From the NCBI GenBank assembly GCA_040772505.1, contig JAXGYA010000002.1:375638-439637 (forward strand): 64,000 bases of DNA, read 5' to 3'. Positions 27,569 to 38,322 of this stretch are shown here, piece after piece. The notes under the pieces were generated by a model. That model searched no databases and was not told where the DNA came from. It saw only the letters and a list, made by a program, of their open reading frames with translations. The stretch's first letter is position 1, and each line of letters opens with the position of its first letter. The stretch comes from Mariniphaga sp. GTDB taxonomy: Bacteria > Bacteroidota > Bacteroidia > Bacteroidales > Prolixibacteraceae. The translations under genes and the position numbers were made by a program.

Positions 27569-28627
27569 TTAGATAATCAGCATTGCATCACCGTAGGTGC
27601 CAAACCGATAATCTTTTTTCAGGGCAACCTGGTAGGCTTCCATCACAAAATCATAACCTCCAAAAGCTGCAGCCATCATAAGCAGGATGGAGTAGGGCAG
27701 TTGAAAGTTGGAAATCATACAATTTGCCACATTGAATTCATACGGTGGGAAAATAAATTTATTTGTCCAGCCTTCAAAAGGGTTTGCATAACCCTGGGTG
27801 GTAACCGAGCTTTCGAGGGTGCGCATCACGGTTGTTCCAACCGCACAAATTCTTTTACGGTTATCTTTTGCTTTATTGATTATTTCGCACGCTTCCTCTC
27901 TAATCCAGATTTGCTCCGAGTCCATTTTGTGTTTGGTAAGGTCTTCCACTTCAACATTTCTGAAATTCCCCAATCCCGCATGAAGAGTAACGTATGCGAA
28001 CTCAGCCCCCTTTATTTCAAGGCGCTTGAGTAGTTCTCTGCTAAAATGCAGCCCGGCAGTAGGTGCCGCAACAGCTCCCTCGTGCTTGGCGAAAATGGTT
28101 TGATAGCGCTCTTCATCCTCAGGAACTAACGGTCTTTTTATGAATTTAGGCAATGGAGTGCTTCCCAAACTGTGTAATGTTCTTTTGAATTCGTCATAAG
28201 GGCCGTCATACAAAAATCGCAGGGTACGACCCCTGGATGTGGTGTTATCTATAACCTCGGCAACCAGAATTTCATTTTCTCCGAAAAAGAGCTTATTTCC
28301 GATACGGATTTTCCGGGCAGGATCAACAAGTACGTCCCACAACCGCATTTCACGGTTTAACTCCCGAAGCAGAAACACCTCAATTTCAGCACCCGTCTTC
28401 TCTTTATAGCCGTATAGCCTCGCCGGATAAACTTTGGTATCATTAAAAACAAGCACATCTCCTTCATCAAAATAGTTTACAATGTCCTTAAACAACTTGT
28501 GCTCTATCTTACGGTTTGTCCTGTCCAATACCATCAATTTAGATTCATCCCTGTTGGGCGCAGGGTGTAATGCAATTTTTTTCTCATCTAATTCGTACTT
28601 AAACTTCGATAATTTCATTTTTCTCAA
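27569..28627 (-). CDS. queA: S-adenosylmethionine:tRNA ribosyltransferase-isomerase
   Basis: [19 protein letters not shown] start, [12 protein letters not shown] and [11 protein letters not shown] motifs, 352 aa. Confidence 0.95.
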   Translation of the reverse strand: MRKMKLSKFKYELDEKKIALHPAPNRDESKLMVLDRTNRKIEHKLFKDIVNYFDEGDVLVFNDTKVYPARLYGYKEKTGAEIEVFLLRELNREMRLWDVLVDPARKIRIGNKLFFGENEILVAEVIDNTTSRGRTLRFLYDGPYDEFKRTLHSLGSTPLPKFIKRPLVPEDEERYQTIFAKHEGAVAAPTAGLHFSRELLKRLEIKGAEFAYVTLHAGLGNFRNVEVEDLTKHKMDSEQIWIREEACEIINKAKDNRKRICAVGTTVMRTLESSVTTQGYANPFEGWTNKFIFPPYEFNVANCMISNFQLPYSILLMMAAAFGGYDFVMEAYQVALKKDYRFGTYGDAMLII

Positions 28628-28783
28628 ACTGTTAATATTTTAATGGTAAAACATGAAACTTGCCAATCTGATGTCTATTCTCATGGCTCATTACATGGAC
28701 AATTGTTTACTACTTTCTTATTGTGTTACTAATCTTTTTAATTTTTATGTTTCCTGTTTGGAAGTTGTGGTCTGGGTTAAGGA

Positions 28784-29521
28784 TTACGTTCCTAATAGAG
28801 GTTTTGTTACAAGGTAGCTGAGATTGTCCAGATAAAAATCAATGGTCATGGCATCTTCCACTCTGTATTTCCCTATTCTCGTACGACGCAGATTTGTAAG
28901 ATATGCGCCACATTCAAGCTCCCTTCCAATATCTCTTGCCAATGCACGAATATATGTCCCCTTGCTACAAACGACACGGATGGTTGCAAAAGGAGGATCA
29001 AATGATTCTGCAACAATCTCCTGAATAACAATTTTCTTGGGCTGAAGTTTTAATTCTGTGCCGCTTCTGGCATAATCGAATGCCCGCTTTCCATTCACTT
29101 TTACGGCAGAAAAGATTGGAGGCACCTGGTTTGTCTCGCCAAGGAATTTTAGGAGAGCTTTTTCAAAATCGTTGCGGGTAATGTGGCTGATTTCACTTTT
29201 ATTATCTTCTTCTGTCTCCAGATCGAAAGAGGGTGTGGTAGCGCCTAATTTCAAAGTTGCCACATATTCTTTTTCCATTTCCTGAAACGATTCGATGCGT
29301 TTGGTTGCTTTTCCGGTGCAAAGAATCATCAGTCCGCTGGCTAACGGGTCAAGCGTTCCGGCATGTCCGACCTTCAGCTTTTTTATTCCCAGTTCTCTGC
29401 ATAATGTGTTACGCACCCGCTGAACCAGGTCAAACGAAGTCCAGTTAATATCTTTATCAAACAACAAAACTTCACCTTCAATATAATTGTATGTTTTTTT
29501 TGGATGGGCAGCATCAAGCAT
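28784..29521 (-). CDS. truB: tRNA pseudouridine(55) synthase
   Basis: Catalytic motif GHAGTLDPLASGLMILC, SKGTYIRALARD and a length of 245 aa. Confidence 0.95.
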   Translation of the reverse strand: MLDAAHPKKTYNYIEGEVLLFDKDINWTSFDLVQRVRNTLCRELGIKKLKVGHAGTLDPLASGLMILCTGKATKRIESFQEMEKEYVATLKLGATTPSFDLETEEDNKSEISHITRNDFEKALLKFLGETNQVPPIFSAVKVNGKRAFDYARSGTELKLQPKKIVIQEIVAESFDPPFATIRVVCSKGTYIRALARDIGRELECGAYLTNLRRTRIGKYRVEDAMTIDFYLDNLSYLVTKPLLGT

Positions 29522-29552
29522 TTGATTACCAGTATGTTAAAAAAGTGAAAAA

Positions 29553-30335
29553 TCAGGCTGCAAAGATAGCAAAAAAACCGGCAATTAAACAGTAAATAGC
29601 AAAATATATTAGTTTTCCGCGCTTAACTATCTTTATCATTAATGAACAGGCTAACAAACCGGATAAAAATGCCGCAAAAAAGCCAATAAATAGCGGAAAG
29701 GTTTCAATGGATGACGCTTTTGAAAAATCACCATTAATAATATCCAGGATTGCTACACCTAAAATGGGTATTAACACCATCAGAAATGAGAAACGGGCGA
29801 TTTCATCTTTCCTGGCGCCGGTTAACAGCCCGGTTGCAATGGTTGCGCCGCTTCGCGAAATTCCCGGGATCACAGCTACTGCCTGTGCAATGCCAATGAT
29901 GAATGCTTTGCCCCATGTGATCTCTGAGTTTCCTTTTTTCACAAAATGGGCTAATGCAAGCAGGCTTGCAGTGATGAGCAGCATGCTCCCGACCAGCAGA
30001 AGATTTCCGGTGAAAAATTGTTCGATTTGCTCCATAAATAATAGCCCGATAAAAAGTACTGGAACTGTAGATAATAGAAGCTTGAAGATGTATTGCGTGG
30101 ATTCGTTCCATTGAAAAGCAAATAAATCGGTCAGCAGTACTAAAATATCGCGGTGAAAAACAACCAGTGTGCTCAGCACAGTAGCAATGTGGACGGTAAC
30201 CGCAAACAACAGGTTGTTATCCGCTTCCACTCCAAGGAGTACATGTCCTATTTCGAGATGTCCGCTGGAGCTTACAGGTAAAAATTCGGTGAGCCCCTGC
30301 ACGAGACCTAAGAGCAGCGCCTGGATTGTACTCAT
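29553..30335 (-). CDS. uppP: Undecaprenyl-diphosphate phosphatase
   Basis: LGLVQGLTEFLPVSSSGHL and PGISRSGATI motifs, 260-aa polytopic membrane protein. Confidence 0.95.
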   Translation of the reverse strand: MSTIQALLLGLVQGLTEFLPVSSSGHLEIGHVLLGVEADNNLLFAVTVHIATVLSTLVVFHRDILVLLTDLFAFQWNESTQYIFKLLLSTVPVLFIGLLFMEQIEQFFTGNLLLVGSMLLITASLLALAHFVKKGNSEITWGKAFIIGIAQAVAVIPGISRSGATIATGLLTGARKDEIARFSFLMVLIPILGVAILDIINGDFSKASSIETFPLFIGFFAAFLSGLLACSLMIKIVKRGKLIYFAIYCLIAGFFAIFAA

Positions 30336-30347
30336 TATCGTACAGGT

Positions 30348-30623
30348 TTATTTGTTCTCTTTCGGTCGCTTCATAATGGCATAAATCTCAAACATGAAGC
30401 CAAAAAGCAAAATCATGGGTGCAAGTACAATTCGCCTGAAGCTGAAAATTTCAGGATTAAAAACATTGGGGTCATCACTTTTGCCACCAATCATTAAAAT
30501 AAAACCTATCACAATAATGCCAAAACCGATAGCCATCAGGTTGTAGTTTTTCTTACCTAAAGCAAATCCGGCTTTCCCGTCTGAAGTATCCCTTTGTGTT
30601 GTCCTCTTTTTCATAATTCGCAA
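30348..30623 (-). CDS. DUF3098-like small membrane protein
   Basis: 91 aa with two TM helices and the strings FALGKKNYNLMAIGFGIIVIGFILM and NPEIFSFRRIVLAP. It occupies the conserved position between ftsX and uppP in Bacteroidota. Confidence 0.6.
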   Translation of the reverse strand: MRIMKKRTTQRDTSDGKAGFALGKKNYNLMAIGFGIIVIGFILMIGGKSDDPNVFNPEIFSFRRIVLAPMILLFGFMFEIYAIMKRPKENK

Positions 30624-30629
30624 AGATAA

Positions 30630-31511
30630 TTAATAAAACAGATCATCAAATTTCATTTTCAGGAACTTGTTAACCGCAAACCAGGTGGAAATATAGGAAA
30701 TTGTCATACCAAGTATGAAAACAAGAATAAAAACTGCCAGTAAAGTCATGTAATCGTCCGGATTAAGCATGCCGCCCAACTCTTTTCTGAAAGCAAGAAC
30801 AGAGGTAAAGAGAAGAACGTTTGCAACAAAAGCACCCAAAATTCCCAAAGATAAACCACGTTTTAAGAAGGGTTTCCGGACAAACGAACGTGCAGCGCCT
30901 ACCAATTGCATGGTGTTGATGGTAAACCGCTCGGAATAGATGGAAATGCGAATGGTGTTATTAATGAGCGAAACGAAAATAAACCCGGTCAGTGTGCTGA
31001 TTATGAGCAAAAAGACAGTGATTTTACTGACATTTTCATTAATGACGCCTAAAAGGTCTTTCTGATAAAAAACTTCGCTGACCTGGGGGTATGCAAGGAA
31101 ATCCTTTTCAATAAATTGGAGGCTGTCCGGATTAGTATAGGCAGCAAACAATTTCACATCCATTGATGCAAAAAGCGGGTTAAATCCCAGAAAACCAATG
31201 AAATCTTCACCAAGCTCTTTGGTCAGTTCGGCAGCAGCCGTCTCTTTGTCAATATAGCGGGTGGATTTAACATATTCTGATGCTTCCAAAACCTTTTGCA
31301 ACCGCGTGATATCGCTCTCTTTGATATTGTCGTGAAGCACAAGGGTAAAACCGACTTGCTCCCTGACATAATCGGATAGCTGCCCGGCGTTGATCAGTAT
31401 GATGAGCAAGGCTCCAAGAAGTACCAGTACCAGCGAAATGCTCACCATGGAAGTAGCCGATGAGCGAAGCAGTCTTTTTTTCATTTTCCCGGAGGCTGGT
31501 CTTTTTTTCAT
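30630..31511 (-). CDS. ftsX: Cell-division FtsX-like permease
   Basis: TM1 (SISLVLVLLGALLIILINAG), a periplasmic domain, and a C-terminal FtsX bundle (MQLVGAARSFVRKPFLKRG). The start is uncertain: I prefer ATG 31511 (MKKRPASG) to the listed 31565. Confidence 0.8.
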   Translation of the reverse strand: MKKRPASGKMKKRLLRSSATSMVSISLVLVLLGALLIILINAGQLSDYVREQVGFTLVLHDNIKESDITRLQKVLEASEYVKSTRYIDKETAAAELTKELGEDFIGFLGFNPLFASMDVKLFAAYTNPDSLQFIEKDFLAYPQVSEVFYQKDLLGVINENVSKITVFLLIISTLTGFIFVSLINNTIRISIYSERFTINTMQLVGAARSFVRKPFLKRGLSLGILGAFVANVLLFTSVLAFRKELGGMLNPDDYMTLLAVFILVFILGMTISYISTWFAVNKFLKMKFDDLFY

Positions 31512-31706
31512 TGTTTTTCTACGATTTTCTTTTAAACAAATTGAGAATGGTTTTGCCAATTTCATCCAGTTTTTCCAAAGGCTCGTGAAGCGATGGTGTG
31601 TTCAGGTCAAAAATGATAACATATTTTGTTTTATCCACGGAAAATTCAAATTTTGAACAAAATTACAAAATATAGTTTCAATCCGGATATATTTAATCCG
31701 GGGTTT

Positions 31707-33665
31707 TCAATGGTTTTGCAAGGTGTGAATCCATACTGTCATTTCGCCTTTTCCGCGGTGAGCCCACGCATAATAGGGAATTGCGGTAAATTTGATCGGA
31801 TAGAATTCGCCTTTGTCGGGACCTTCCCCTTTTTTAAGTATGGATGCTTCACCGGTTATTGTATTTAAACCGCCCAATTTTCCCGGTCTGAATCCAAAAG
31901 AGAGATTTTCCTTCGGGTCGAGATATATGTTCGGGATGCCGGTCTTTTCATAATCAGCCCACTCAGTGCAATAGACCAGCGGTCCGAGCTGGAGTGCCAT
32001 TTTTTCCTTGTTGTCTTCAATTTCAGGGTGAGCTTTTATTTTTCTGATTTCATAAGGAAAGTTTATGTCAATCTTATCGCCTGTTTCCCACTTTTTGGAA
32101 AGAACGGCATATCCGTTTTTTATTTCAGGAGTAACAACTTTTTCGTTAATTTTAAAAACCGTTGCGGCGGATGGCGAGTTCATAAATTCATAAATATCGC
32201 AGGGAACAGGATTTTCGGATGCCCAGCCCGGGATTCTGATGAGTAGATTGGCTTTCAGTGGTTTGTCTGTTTCGGGGTTGATGTAAATATGCCCGTTCCA
32301 GGGCATGTTGCTGTCCTGAATTAATTTGAAACTGCCTTTTGATGTTTCAAATGTTGCCGAGCCCGGCACAAAAAGGTTAACATAGAAGTCGTTTTCTTTT
32401 CTGGCATAAATATAATTGGGCATGGAGGGGATGAACCTTGCAATATTTGACGGACAGCATGCACATCCGAACCATTCGCTTCGCTCATGCTGTCCGCTCG
32501 ACTGCAAAGGATTGGGATAAAAAAACCGGTTGCCCTCAAGTGAAACACCCGAAAGGACATTGTTATAAAGTGAACGCTCCAGCACGTCAATATATTTAGC
32601 TTCTCCGGTCATGAGAAACATTCTGTGATTCCAGAAAACATTGGCAATGGCAGCGCAAGTTTCACAATACGCCTTTTCGTTTGGCAATTCATAAGGTCCG
32701 GCGAAACCTTCGTTGCCGCCTTCGGCGCCGATTCCGCCGGTTATGTAAAACTTTTTGCAAATCACATCTTCCCAGATTTTCTGAATAGCTCGAATGTAGG
32801 ACTTGTCGCCGGTGAGCGCTGCAACATCAGCCATGGCAGTCCACATATATGCTGCCCGGACAGCATGTCCGACTGCTTCCGTTTGTTCTACAACCGGAAG
32901 GTGCGACTGATTGTATGAATTTTTCTTTCCGATTCCTTTTCCTCTGATATCTAAGAAAAATTTAGCAAGCTCCAAATATTTTTTTTCTCCGGTAGTTCTG
33001 TAGAGCTTCACCAGCCCGATTTCAATCTCCTGGTGTCCGGGCCAGTTTTCAATTTTTCCATATCCGAAATCATGGTAAACCAGGTTGGCGCTTTTTATGG
33101 CAATGTCAAGAAGATTTCGTTTGCCAGTTGTTTGATACCAGGCAGTTGCCGCTTCATATAAATGCCCCAGATTGTAGAGTTCGTGGCTCAAATCATCTGG
33201 CTTTTCCCAGCGCTTTGTACCAATCCATACATGTCCGCTGTCGCCAAGAATGGTGCGGTTAGTGAAAATATAGCCGTCATCTTCCTGCGCTTCTCCAATG
33301 AGATAAATCAGCGAGTCGATGGTTTTCTCAAGCTTCTCATCGTCAAAAAATTGTAACGAGTAGGCAGCGCCTTCAATGATTTTAAAAACATCGGAATCAT
33401 CAAAAGGGAAGGCTGAGCAAAAGCTGCCCTCCTTCAATCCGCCGGCAACGGCAAAATTGTCTATCCTCCCGGTTTCTTCACTTTTTTTTATGGCAATCGG
33501 AATAGTTACCTGATGATTTGTTCTGATGCGTTTTGCCCAGAATTCATCTTTTACCTTCACCTGTGTGAAGGGAACCGGAGAAATTGGATAATCATTTCTC
33601 AATCCCTTTTCAGTGCATGAAAACAGGAACAGCATGACCAGAATGAAAAAGAGAGACCGTTTCAT
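31707..33665 (-). CDS. GH127 (DUF1680) beta-L-arabinofuranosidase-family glycoside hydrolase
   Basis: I place the start at ATG 33665 (MKRSLFFILVMLFLFSCTEK lipoprotein signal). Family motifs are present: GHAVRAAYMWTAM, ITGGIG, the ETCAAIAN and GCACCPSNIARF Cys/Glu zinc-site signature, and HELYNLGHL. Confidence 0.8.
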   Translation of the reverse strand: MKRSLFFILVMLFLFSCTEKGLRNDYPISPVPFTQVKVKDEFWAKRIRTNHQVTIPIAIKKSEETGRIDNFAVAGGLKEGSFCSAFPFDDSDVFKIIEGAAYSLQFFDDEKLEKTIDSLIYLIGEAQEDDGYIFTNRTILGDSGHVWIGTKRWEKPDDLSHELYNLGHLYEAATAWYQTTGKRNLLDIAIKSANLVYHDFGYGKIENWPGHQEIEIGLVKLYRTTGEKKYLELAKFFLDIRGKGIGKKNSYNQSHLPVVEQTEAVGHAVRAAYMWTAMADVAALTGDKSYIRAIQKIWEDVICKKFYITGGIGAEGGNEGFAGPYELPNEKAYCETCAAIANVFWNHRMFLMTGEAKYIDVLERSLYNNVLSGVSLEGNRFFYPNPLQSSGQHERSEWFGCACCPSNIARFIPSMPNYIYARKENDFYVNLFVPGSATFETSKGSFKLIQDSNMPWNGHIYINPETDKPLKANLLIRIPGWASENPVPCDIYEFMNSPSAATVFKINEKVVTPEIKNGYAVLSKKWETGDKIDINFPYEIRKIKAHPEIEDNKEKMALQLGPLVYCTEWADYEKTGIPNIYLDPKENLSFGFRPGKLGGLNTITGEASILKKGEGPDKGEFYPIKFTAIPYYAWAHRGKGEMTVWIHTLQNH

Positions 33666-33714
33666 AATTCTCAGGTTTTGATTTTGTATCAAATTTAATG
33701 AATTTGATTGGTAC

Positions 33715-34455
33715 TTAAAAAGATTTTTTTGCTTGACTTTCAAAAAATTGCCTTGCAGCAGCTAAATCTTCGGGTTTGCCAACATCCACCCACCATTCCG
33801 AATCATCGAAATAACCGGTAATCAGGTAGTTTTCTGCCAGTTGAATGTATAAATCAATGATTGAAAAACAATCTTCCGGCGGCATCAGATGGAATATTTC
33901 GGGACTAACGATGTGAATCCCGCTGAATGCCATTTCAATGGCATCTTTTATTTCACCGTGTGCAGCAATCTTTTTCTCGCCTGTCTTTTTGTTAACCCAG
34001 CCAATGAGCCTCTTTTTTCGGTTAAACAAAAAATAGCGTTCTGTTTCCCTTTTGCGAACCACAACGGTTGCCAGAGCGCCCGAGCGATTATGAATCTGCA
34101 TCAGCTCTCTGAGATTTAGATCAGAAAGAATATCCACATTGTAAATGAGCACAGGCTCATCGTTTTTCAGCAGGCTTGCTGCTTTTTTTAATCCCCCTCC
34201 GGTGTTGAGCAATTTGTCGGTTTCATCAGAAATTTTAATGGAAACACCAAACTCTTTTCGACTTAAAAATTCAATAATATGACCGGAGAAATGATGGACA
34301 TTTACAATAATTTCTGTTACTCCTTCGCTTTTCAGCTTTTCGACGGCATGCTGAAGCAAAGTTTTTTTGCCCACTTCAACCAGTGCTTTGGGTTTGTGAA
34401 GGGTTTCATCTTTTAACCGCGTTCCTAATCCTGCAGCAAAAATCATTGCTTTCAT
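33715..34455 (-). CDS. Sugar-phosphate nucleotidyltransferase (MurU/GlmU-N-like family)
   Basis: MKAMIFAAGLGTRLKDETLHKPKALV (G-x-G-T-R-L signature). I place the start at ATG 34455. Confidence 0.8.
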   Translation of the reverse strand: MKAMIFAAGLGTRLKDETLHKPKALVEVGKKTLLQHAVEKLKSEGVTEIIVNVHHFSGHIIEFLSRKEFGVSIKISDETDKLLNTGGGLKKAASLLKNDEPVLIYNVDILSDLNLRELMQIHNRSGALATVVVRKRETERYFLFNRKKRLIGWVNKKTGEKKIAAHGEIKDAIEMAFSGIHIVSPEIFHLMPPEDCFSIIDLYIQLAENYLITGYFDDSEWWVDVGKPEDLAAARQFFESQAKKSF

Positions 34456-34542
34456 AATCAGTTGACTGAAGTTTTTAAACTCAGACAGCAACATTGGTTT
34501 TTTCTCTTATGAAACATAATGATCAGGTTCAAAATGAGGAAA

Positions 34543-34995
34543 TTACCGTATTCTGTTCATGCTCCTGATTAACGCCTCATCTTTACCAATGGCGCGAATG
34601 GCAAGATAATCGAGGATAACGGCAATAATTGGGAACGTTATCGGAATTTTGAAAGCAACTTCAGCATTGCTGAAAGCTGCATACAAAAAGTACATAATTA
34701 CGCCAAACAGTCCTAACAGAAGAATGATGGTGAAAACGAGTACCCGGATTTGCAGAATGCGCCTTTTATATAAGAAGATTGCACCTAAGTGAAGCAGACT
34801 GATCAGCCAGGAGAACAAAAAAAGCGGCAATCCGCTAAACAGGGTTTGTTCAGCGCTGCTGATTCCTTTTGCATTAAAAACGTACAATTCTCCGTTGACA
34901 GCCAGCTCTGCAAAATTCAGCTTCAGCATCAGTGCGGTAAGCACAGCTGCTAAAAAGATATAGAGTGTTTGAATTCTTTGAATCATAATTATCAA
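34543..34995 (-). CDS. DUF4293-like membrane protein
   Basis: About 150 aa with 4 TM helices and the characteristic MIQRIQTLYIFLAAVL start. The true start may be ATG 34986. Confidence 0.55.
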   Translation of the reverse strand: MIIMIQRIQTLYIFLAAVLTALMLKLNFAELAVNGELYVFNAKGISSAEQTLFSGLPLFLFSWLISLLHLGAIFLYKRRILQIRVLVFTIILLLGLFGVIMYFLYAAFSNAEVAFKIPITFPIIAVILDYLAIRAIGKDEALIRSMNRIR

Positions 34996-35043
34996 TTTTT
35001 GGCAAAATTATAAAAATTTCTCAGCCTGAAATGCGTGTTCATT

Positions 35044-38000
35044 TCAGCCATTTATCTTTTCCAACTCATCCTGATTGAGATACCAGATATATCCTTCAAC
35101 TTTCTCAAATCCGCACTCCCTCAGTGTTTCCGTGTATTCCCTGACTTGCCTGTGGTGTTTTTCAGGTATTTTCTCTCCCCATTTATAATCAACCACAACC
35201 GCATTTTTGCCTGAAAACATGATTCTGTCAGGGCGGATTACTTTATTTTTTGTGATCAGGTTGCGCTCGTTCATAACCTGCAAGTTGCCGCTGAACCAAT
35301 GCTTAATCACCGGGTTTAGCATTGCTTTTTTCATTTTCTCCAAAATGAGTTCATGTTCGGTTTCCGTGATTTTCCCCTCCTTTAAAGCATTGTTGCATTC
35401 GGGGAGTATGTCATCGGATGTTTTTACGCCGGCTAAGATTTCATGAATGAGTTTGCCGCTGTTTTTTACAGAGCGGTTGTGTTCGGCATCTTCCAGGAAA
35501 TTCTCACTGTTGATGCGCAGCCTGATTCTTTCGCCGGGTGCGTTGAAATGGTATTTTTCAATCCAGATTGTGCCTGATGATTCATCAGACTTATTGAAAA
35601 GAGGCATTTCGCCATAGGAAAAGAGCTCTTTTTCGCCACTTTTTTCAAACGACACCATTTTCTCCGGAATATGGGTTGTCAGTGCATCATAGAGTATGGC
35701 GCTGATTGTTGAAAAACTGGCACTTTTTTCTTCTTTTATTATACTGTTTACCAGCAATACCGATTTTGCGCGGGTGAAAGCAACATAAACAAGGTTGAGC
35801 GTATCAATATAGCTGTTCAGTTTTTCTTCGAGAAAATCATTTTTGAATATGGTCTCTTTCACTTCGTTTGAGGCTTCAACGGGCAGCAGCGGAAGCTGAT
35901 TCATCGGTTTCTCATCCGTGCTGCACCACAACAGCGGTTGCTGATTGCCGCCCCACGATACATTCCAGTTGAAAAACGGAATCAAAACCGCTTCAAATTC
36001 AAGCCCTTTGGCTTTATGAATAGTCATCAGCCGCACAGAATCCACCTCGTCATTTGCACTGACGGAAGTTTTAAAGCCCTTTTCATTCCACCAATGCAAC
36101 ATATTGGAAAGATCGTTGGAGAGCGTGATTTTTAATTCGGCTGCGGTGTCAATTAAAGTCTGCAAAAAAGGCAGTTCCGTTTCAATCCTGAAAAGGTTAA
36201 ATACCGAGCAGATTTCCATAACGATCTCATCAAGTGACGACAGCAAAACTTTTTGCCTGATATGTGCTATCTTTTCAAACGGTTCAGCTTCAAAACCTGT
36301 TTCATAAAGTCTCTCTTTTCCTCGTGGGCTGTCATTTTGTTCAGGGATAACCTGCAGGATGTTTGTTGGTTTATGTTCACTTTTCACGGCTGTGCCGTCA
36401 TTTTCCAGAGTCGGCTTTAGCCAGGAATGCCAAAGATGTAAAAGTGCAGTTTTTGAAAGAATATTTTCCGGATCAACCAGCAGCTCGATAACCAGCATAA
36501 CCAGGTTAACACCCTGAGATGCATAAAGAAACAAGGACTCTCCGGAGAGTACCGATAAATTATAATCAACATTTTCCTCTTTTCGGGAGGCTTCAAGAAA
36601 TGCCCCGATTATTGCAGCGCCTTCGCTGTTTTTCCGGATAAGAATTGCAATTTCTGATGCTTTAAGTCCCCGCTCCTGCAGGATTTTTACCTGCTCAATG
36701 AGCAGATTCATGGAGTTTTCCTCAAAATCTTCCTTGGGGAAAAATTGAATTTCGGCATATCCGTCGGTTTTTGCAGAAGGATTGCCCGGTTTCTGAATAT
36801 AGTCCTGATATACAGAACGAAACTTCATTAAAAGGCGGTTGTCTTCTAGCTGATTGATTAATCTGTCTTCAAACGATTGAAGCACTGCGCCAATAACATG
36901 ATTGTTAAAATCAATAATTTTCAAACGGCTTCGCCAGTTTTTTTCCAAAGAAATCTCTTTAGGCTGGAAATTGGGAAAATCGCTTTGCACCTGAGACGCC
37001 AATATATTCCAGTCGCTGTTGCGCCACCTGTAAATAGCCTGCTTCACGTCGCCCACGAGAAGCGTTGGATATCCTTCTGAAAGCGCATTGAGAATCAGGG
37101 GCTTGAAGTTTTGCCATTGAAGCGAGGAGGTGTCCTGAAATTCATCGAGCATATAATAATTATACCGGACACCGATTTTTTCATATACAAACGGTGATTC
37201 ACTGTTGCCGATAATTTTACTCAGCAGCAGGTTGGAGTCTGCCAGCTGAAGCATCTCCTTATCCTTCAGATGAAGCCTGATTTCCTCTTTCAGATCGGTT
37301 AAAATGCCAAGAATTCGGATATGTTTCAACACAACGGATACAGAGAAATATTTTTTGAGCAAATCGAGGATTTGCAATAACTTAGGCTGCAAATAGCTGT
37401 CGGCAAGTATCTGAATTGCATCTTTTTGTTTGTGCGATTTGGAAACCCAAACTTCAGCAGACTGAGCTGCTTTTAATGTTCTGTTTGAAGGAGCAGCAAT
37501 ATTTCCGTTTGCTATTTTTTCCAGATAGCCTGCCACTCCACTCGATTTGTAGGAAAAATCATCCACTGAAAAGCCTTGCTGGTGAATGGTATCCATGCCA
37601 TCGCGTGCTTTTGTTTGGATGGCATTGTTTAACAAGGCTTTGGATTTCATCAGTTCAGTAATGAATTTCTCCAGGTTTTGTCGGTTATACGGATTTTTCT
37701 CCTGATTTTCGTCGGGAAAAAACAGCTGGAATTTTTCTTTAAAAAGTTCGCTTCCCAACTTTTTAATGTTCTCCTCAATTCTCATGCTACTGCCATCCCT
37801 GATTTTCTCTTCGCTGAATTTTACTAACCAGTTGCGAAGTTTTTTGTCATCGCTGATTTTCTCCATGAGCCGGTCAACCGCTTCTGCCAAAACCATTTCG
37901 CTGTCCAATTCAAGCATGAAGTTTGGGGAAATACCCATTTCACGGTTAAAAGCCTTGATCACCCGCTGGGTAAATGAGTCGATTGTGCTGATTGAAAACC

Positions 38001-38295
38001 GATGATAATCGTGCAGAATGTTTTTCAGCGCTTGCTGCGCTTTCCCCCTTATTTGCTGCTCATTGAATTTTGTTGCCCCGGTCAGTATCTTTAAATAAGC
38101 GGTATCCTTGCCGGTTGAGAGCAGATACAACTGCTCGAGAATTCGGCTTTTCATCTCATTGGTGGCTTTGTTGGTAAAGGTAACCGCCAGAATATTCCTG
38201 TAACTTAGCTGATTTTCAATGAGCAGCTTTAAATATTCTGCAACAAGCTGAAAAGTTTTACCCGAGCCGGCAGATGCTTTGTAAACTGTTAGCAT
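35044..38295 (-). CDS. UvrD/AddA-like superfamily-1 helicase with a C-terminal PD-(D/E)XK nuclease domain
   Basis: Walker A (ASAGSGKTF), LDEFQDTS (motif II) and YRWRNSDW are present, with the nuclease-like RPDRIMFSGKNAVVVDYKWGEK near the C-terminus. The length is 1083 aa. Confidence 0.85.
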   Translation of the reverse strand: MLTVYKASAGSGKTFQLVAEYLKLLIENQLSYRNILAVTFTNKATNEMKSRILEQLYLLSTGKDTAYLKILTGATKFNEQQIRGKAQQALKNILHDYHRFSISTIDSFTQRVIKAFNREMGISPNFMLELDSEMVLAEAVDRLMEKISDDKKLRNWLVKFSEEKIRDGSSMRIEENIKKLGSELFKEKFQLFFPDENQEKNPYNRQNLEKFITELMKSKALLNNAIQTKARDGMDTIHQQGFSVDDFSYKSSGVAGYLEKIANGNIAAPSNRTLKAAQSAEVWVSKSHKQKDAIQILADSYLQPKLLQILDLLKKYFSVSVVLKHIRILGILTDLKEEIRLHLKDKEMLQLADSNLLLSKIIGNSESPFVYEKIGVRYNYYMLDEFQDTSSLQWQNFKPLILNALSEGYPTLLVGDVKQAIYRWRNSDWNILASQVQSDFPNFQPKEISLEKNWRSRLKIIDFNNHVIGAVLQSFEDRLINQLEDNRLLMKFRSVYQDYIQKPGNPSAKTDGYAEIQFFPKEDFEENSMNLLIEQVKILQERGLKASEIAILIRKNSEGAAIIGAFLEASRKEENVDYNLSVLSGESLFLYASQGVNLVMLVIELLVDPENILSKTALLHLWHSWLKPTLENDGTAVKSEHKPTNILQVIPEQNDSPRGKERLYETGFEAEPFEKIAHIRQKVLLSSLDEIVMEICSVFNLFRIETELPFLQTLIDTAAELKITLSNDLSNMLHWWNEKGFKTSVSANDEVDSVRLMTIHKAKGLEFEAVLIPFFNWNVSWGGNQQPLLWCSTDEKPMNQLPLLPVEASNEVKETIFKNDFLEEKLNSYIDTLNLVYVAFTRAKSVLLVNSIIKEEKSASFSTISAILYDALTTHIPEKMVSFEKSGEKELFSYGEMPLFNKSDESSGTIWIEKYHFNAPGERIRLRINSENFLEDAEHNRSVKNSGKLIHEILAGVKTSDDILPECNNALKEGKITETEHELILEKMKKAMLNPVIKHWFSGNLQVMNERNLITKNKVIRPDRIMFSGKNAVVVDYKWGEKIPEKHHRQVREYTETLRECGFEKVEGYIWYLNQDELEKING

Positions 38296-38322
38296 AAGTG
38301 GTGTTAAGTTTGAGATTTCAGA

